Shown in pieces: positions 63,251-64,000 of a stretch of DNA of 64,000 nucleotides. Positions within the stretch are counted from its first letter, which is position 1. Each line of letters starts with the position of its first letter. A program made the translations under genes and the position numbers. The notes under the pieces are model-generated. The model was not told where the DNA came from and searched no databases. It saw only the letters and a list, made by a program, of their open reading frames with translations. The stretch lies in contig NC_091990.1 in assembly GCF_044704955.1 (NCBI RefSeq), positions 30,256,001 to 30,320,000 on the forward strand, given 5' to 3'. The DNA comes from Pristiophorus japonicus. Taxonomy: Eukaryota.

Positions 63251-64000
63251 CATAGAAACATAGAAACAAAGAAAATAGGTGCAGGAGTAGGCCATTCAGC
63301 CCTTCTAGCCTGCACCGCCATTCAATGAGTTCATGGCTGAACATGCAACTTCAGTACCCCCTTCCTGCTTTCTCGCCATACCCCTTGATCCCCCTAGTAG
63401 TAAGGACTTCATCTAACTCCGTTTTGAATATATTTAGTGAATTGGTCTCAACTACTTAATGTGGTAGAGAATTCCACAGGTTCACCACTCTCTGGGTGAA
63501 GAAGTTTCTCCTCATCTCGGTCCTAAATGGCTTACCCCTTAACCTTAGACTGTGACCCCTGGTTCTGGACTTCCCCAACATTGGGAACATTCTTCCTGCA
63601 TCTAACCTGTCTAAACCCGTCAGAATTTTAAACTTTTCTATGAGGTCCCCTCTCATTCTTCTGAACTCCAGTGAATACAAGCCCAGTTGATCCAGTCTTT
63701 CTTGATAGGTCAGTCCCGCCATCCCGGGAATCAGTCTGGTGAATCTTCACTGCACTCCCTCAATAGCAAGAATGTCCTTCCTCAAGTTAGGAGACCAAAA
63801 CTGTACACAATACTCCAGGTGTGGCCTCACCAAGGCCCTGTACAACTGTAGCAACATCTCCCTGCCCCTGTACTCAAATCCCCTCGCTATGAAGGCCAAC
63901 ATGCCATTTGCTTTCTTAACCGCCTGCTGTACCTGCATGCCAACCTTCAATGATGTACCATGACACCCAGGTCTCGCTGCACCTCCCCTTTTCCTAATCT
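63251..64000 (-). mobile_element. Young CR1 3' portion (runs off the window), abutting an older + strand CR1 fragment at about 63115-63250
   Basis: Nearly the same sequence as 53463-54200; TTTCTATG tail at 63251. Confidence 0.92.

Overview
Eukaryotic, repeat-rich vertebrate DNA, most likely a shark or other cartilaginous fish (inferred from the CR1 and DeuSINE repertoire). I reconstructed four host genes by eye from splice sites and translation. (1) The last five coding exons of an Rh30 (RHD/RHCE-type) gene on + (2710-18720). (2) A complete six-coding-exon TMEM50A on - (29621-24346), tail-to-tail with Rh. (3) An intact, intronless U1-C gene (SNRPC) on + (34325-34810). It sits head-to-head with TMEM50A behind a CpG-rich promoter made of three ~130-bp NRF1/CRE units. 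(4) An MGST3b-type MAPEG gene on - (55677-43742), with Leu in place of the family-conserved Arg of the RAHQN motif. The rest is mostly transposable elements: young and old CR1 LINEs, DeuSINEs, RTE and L2 fragments, an RTE-tailed non-autonomous element, two Tx1-like 3' fragments with similar 13-bp target sites, solo LTRs, a Gypsy provirus with both LTRs and a TSD, a hAT deletion derivative and MITE-like elements. Most ORF-track entries are TE fragments or antisense artefacts. No database searches were run; family assignments are from recalled sequence knowledge.
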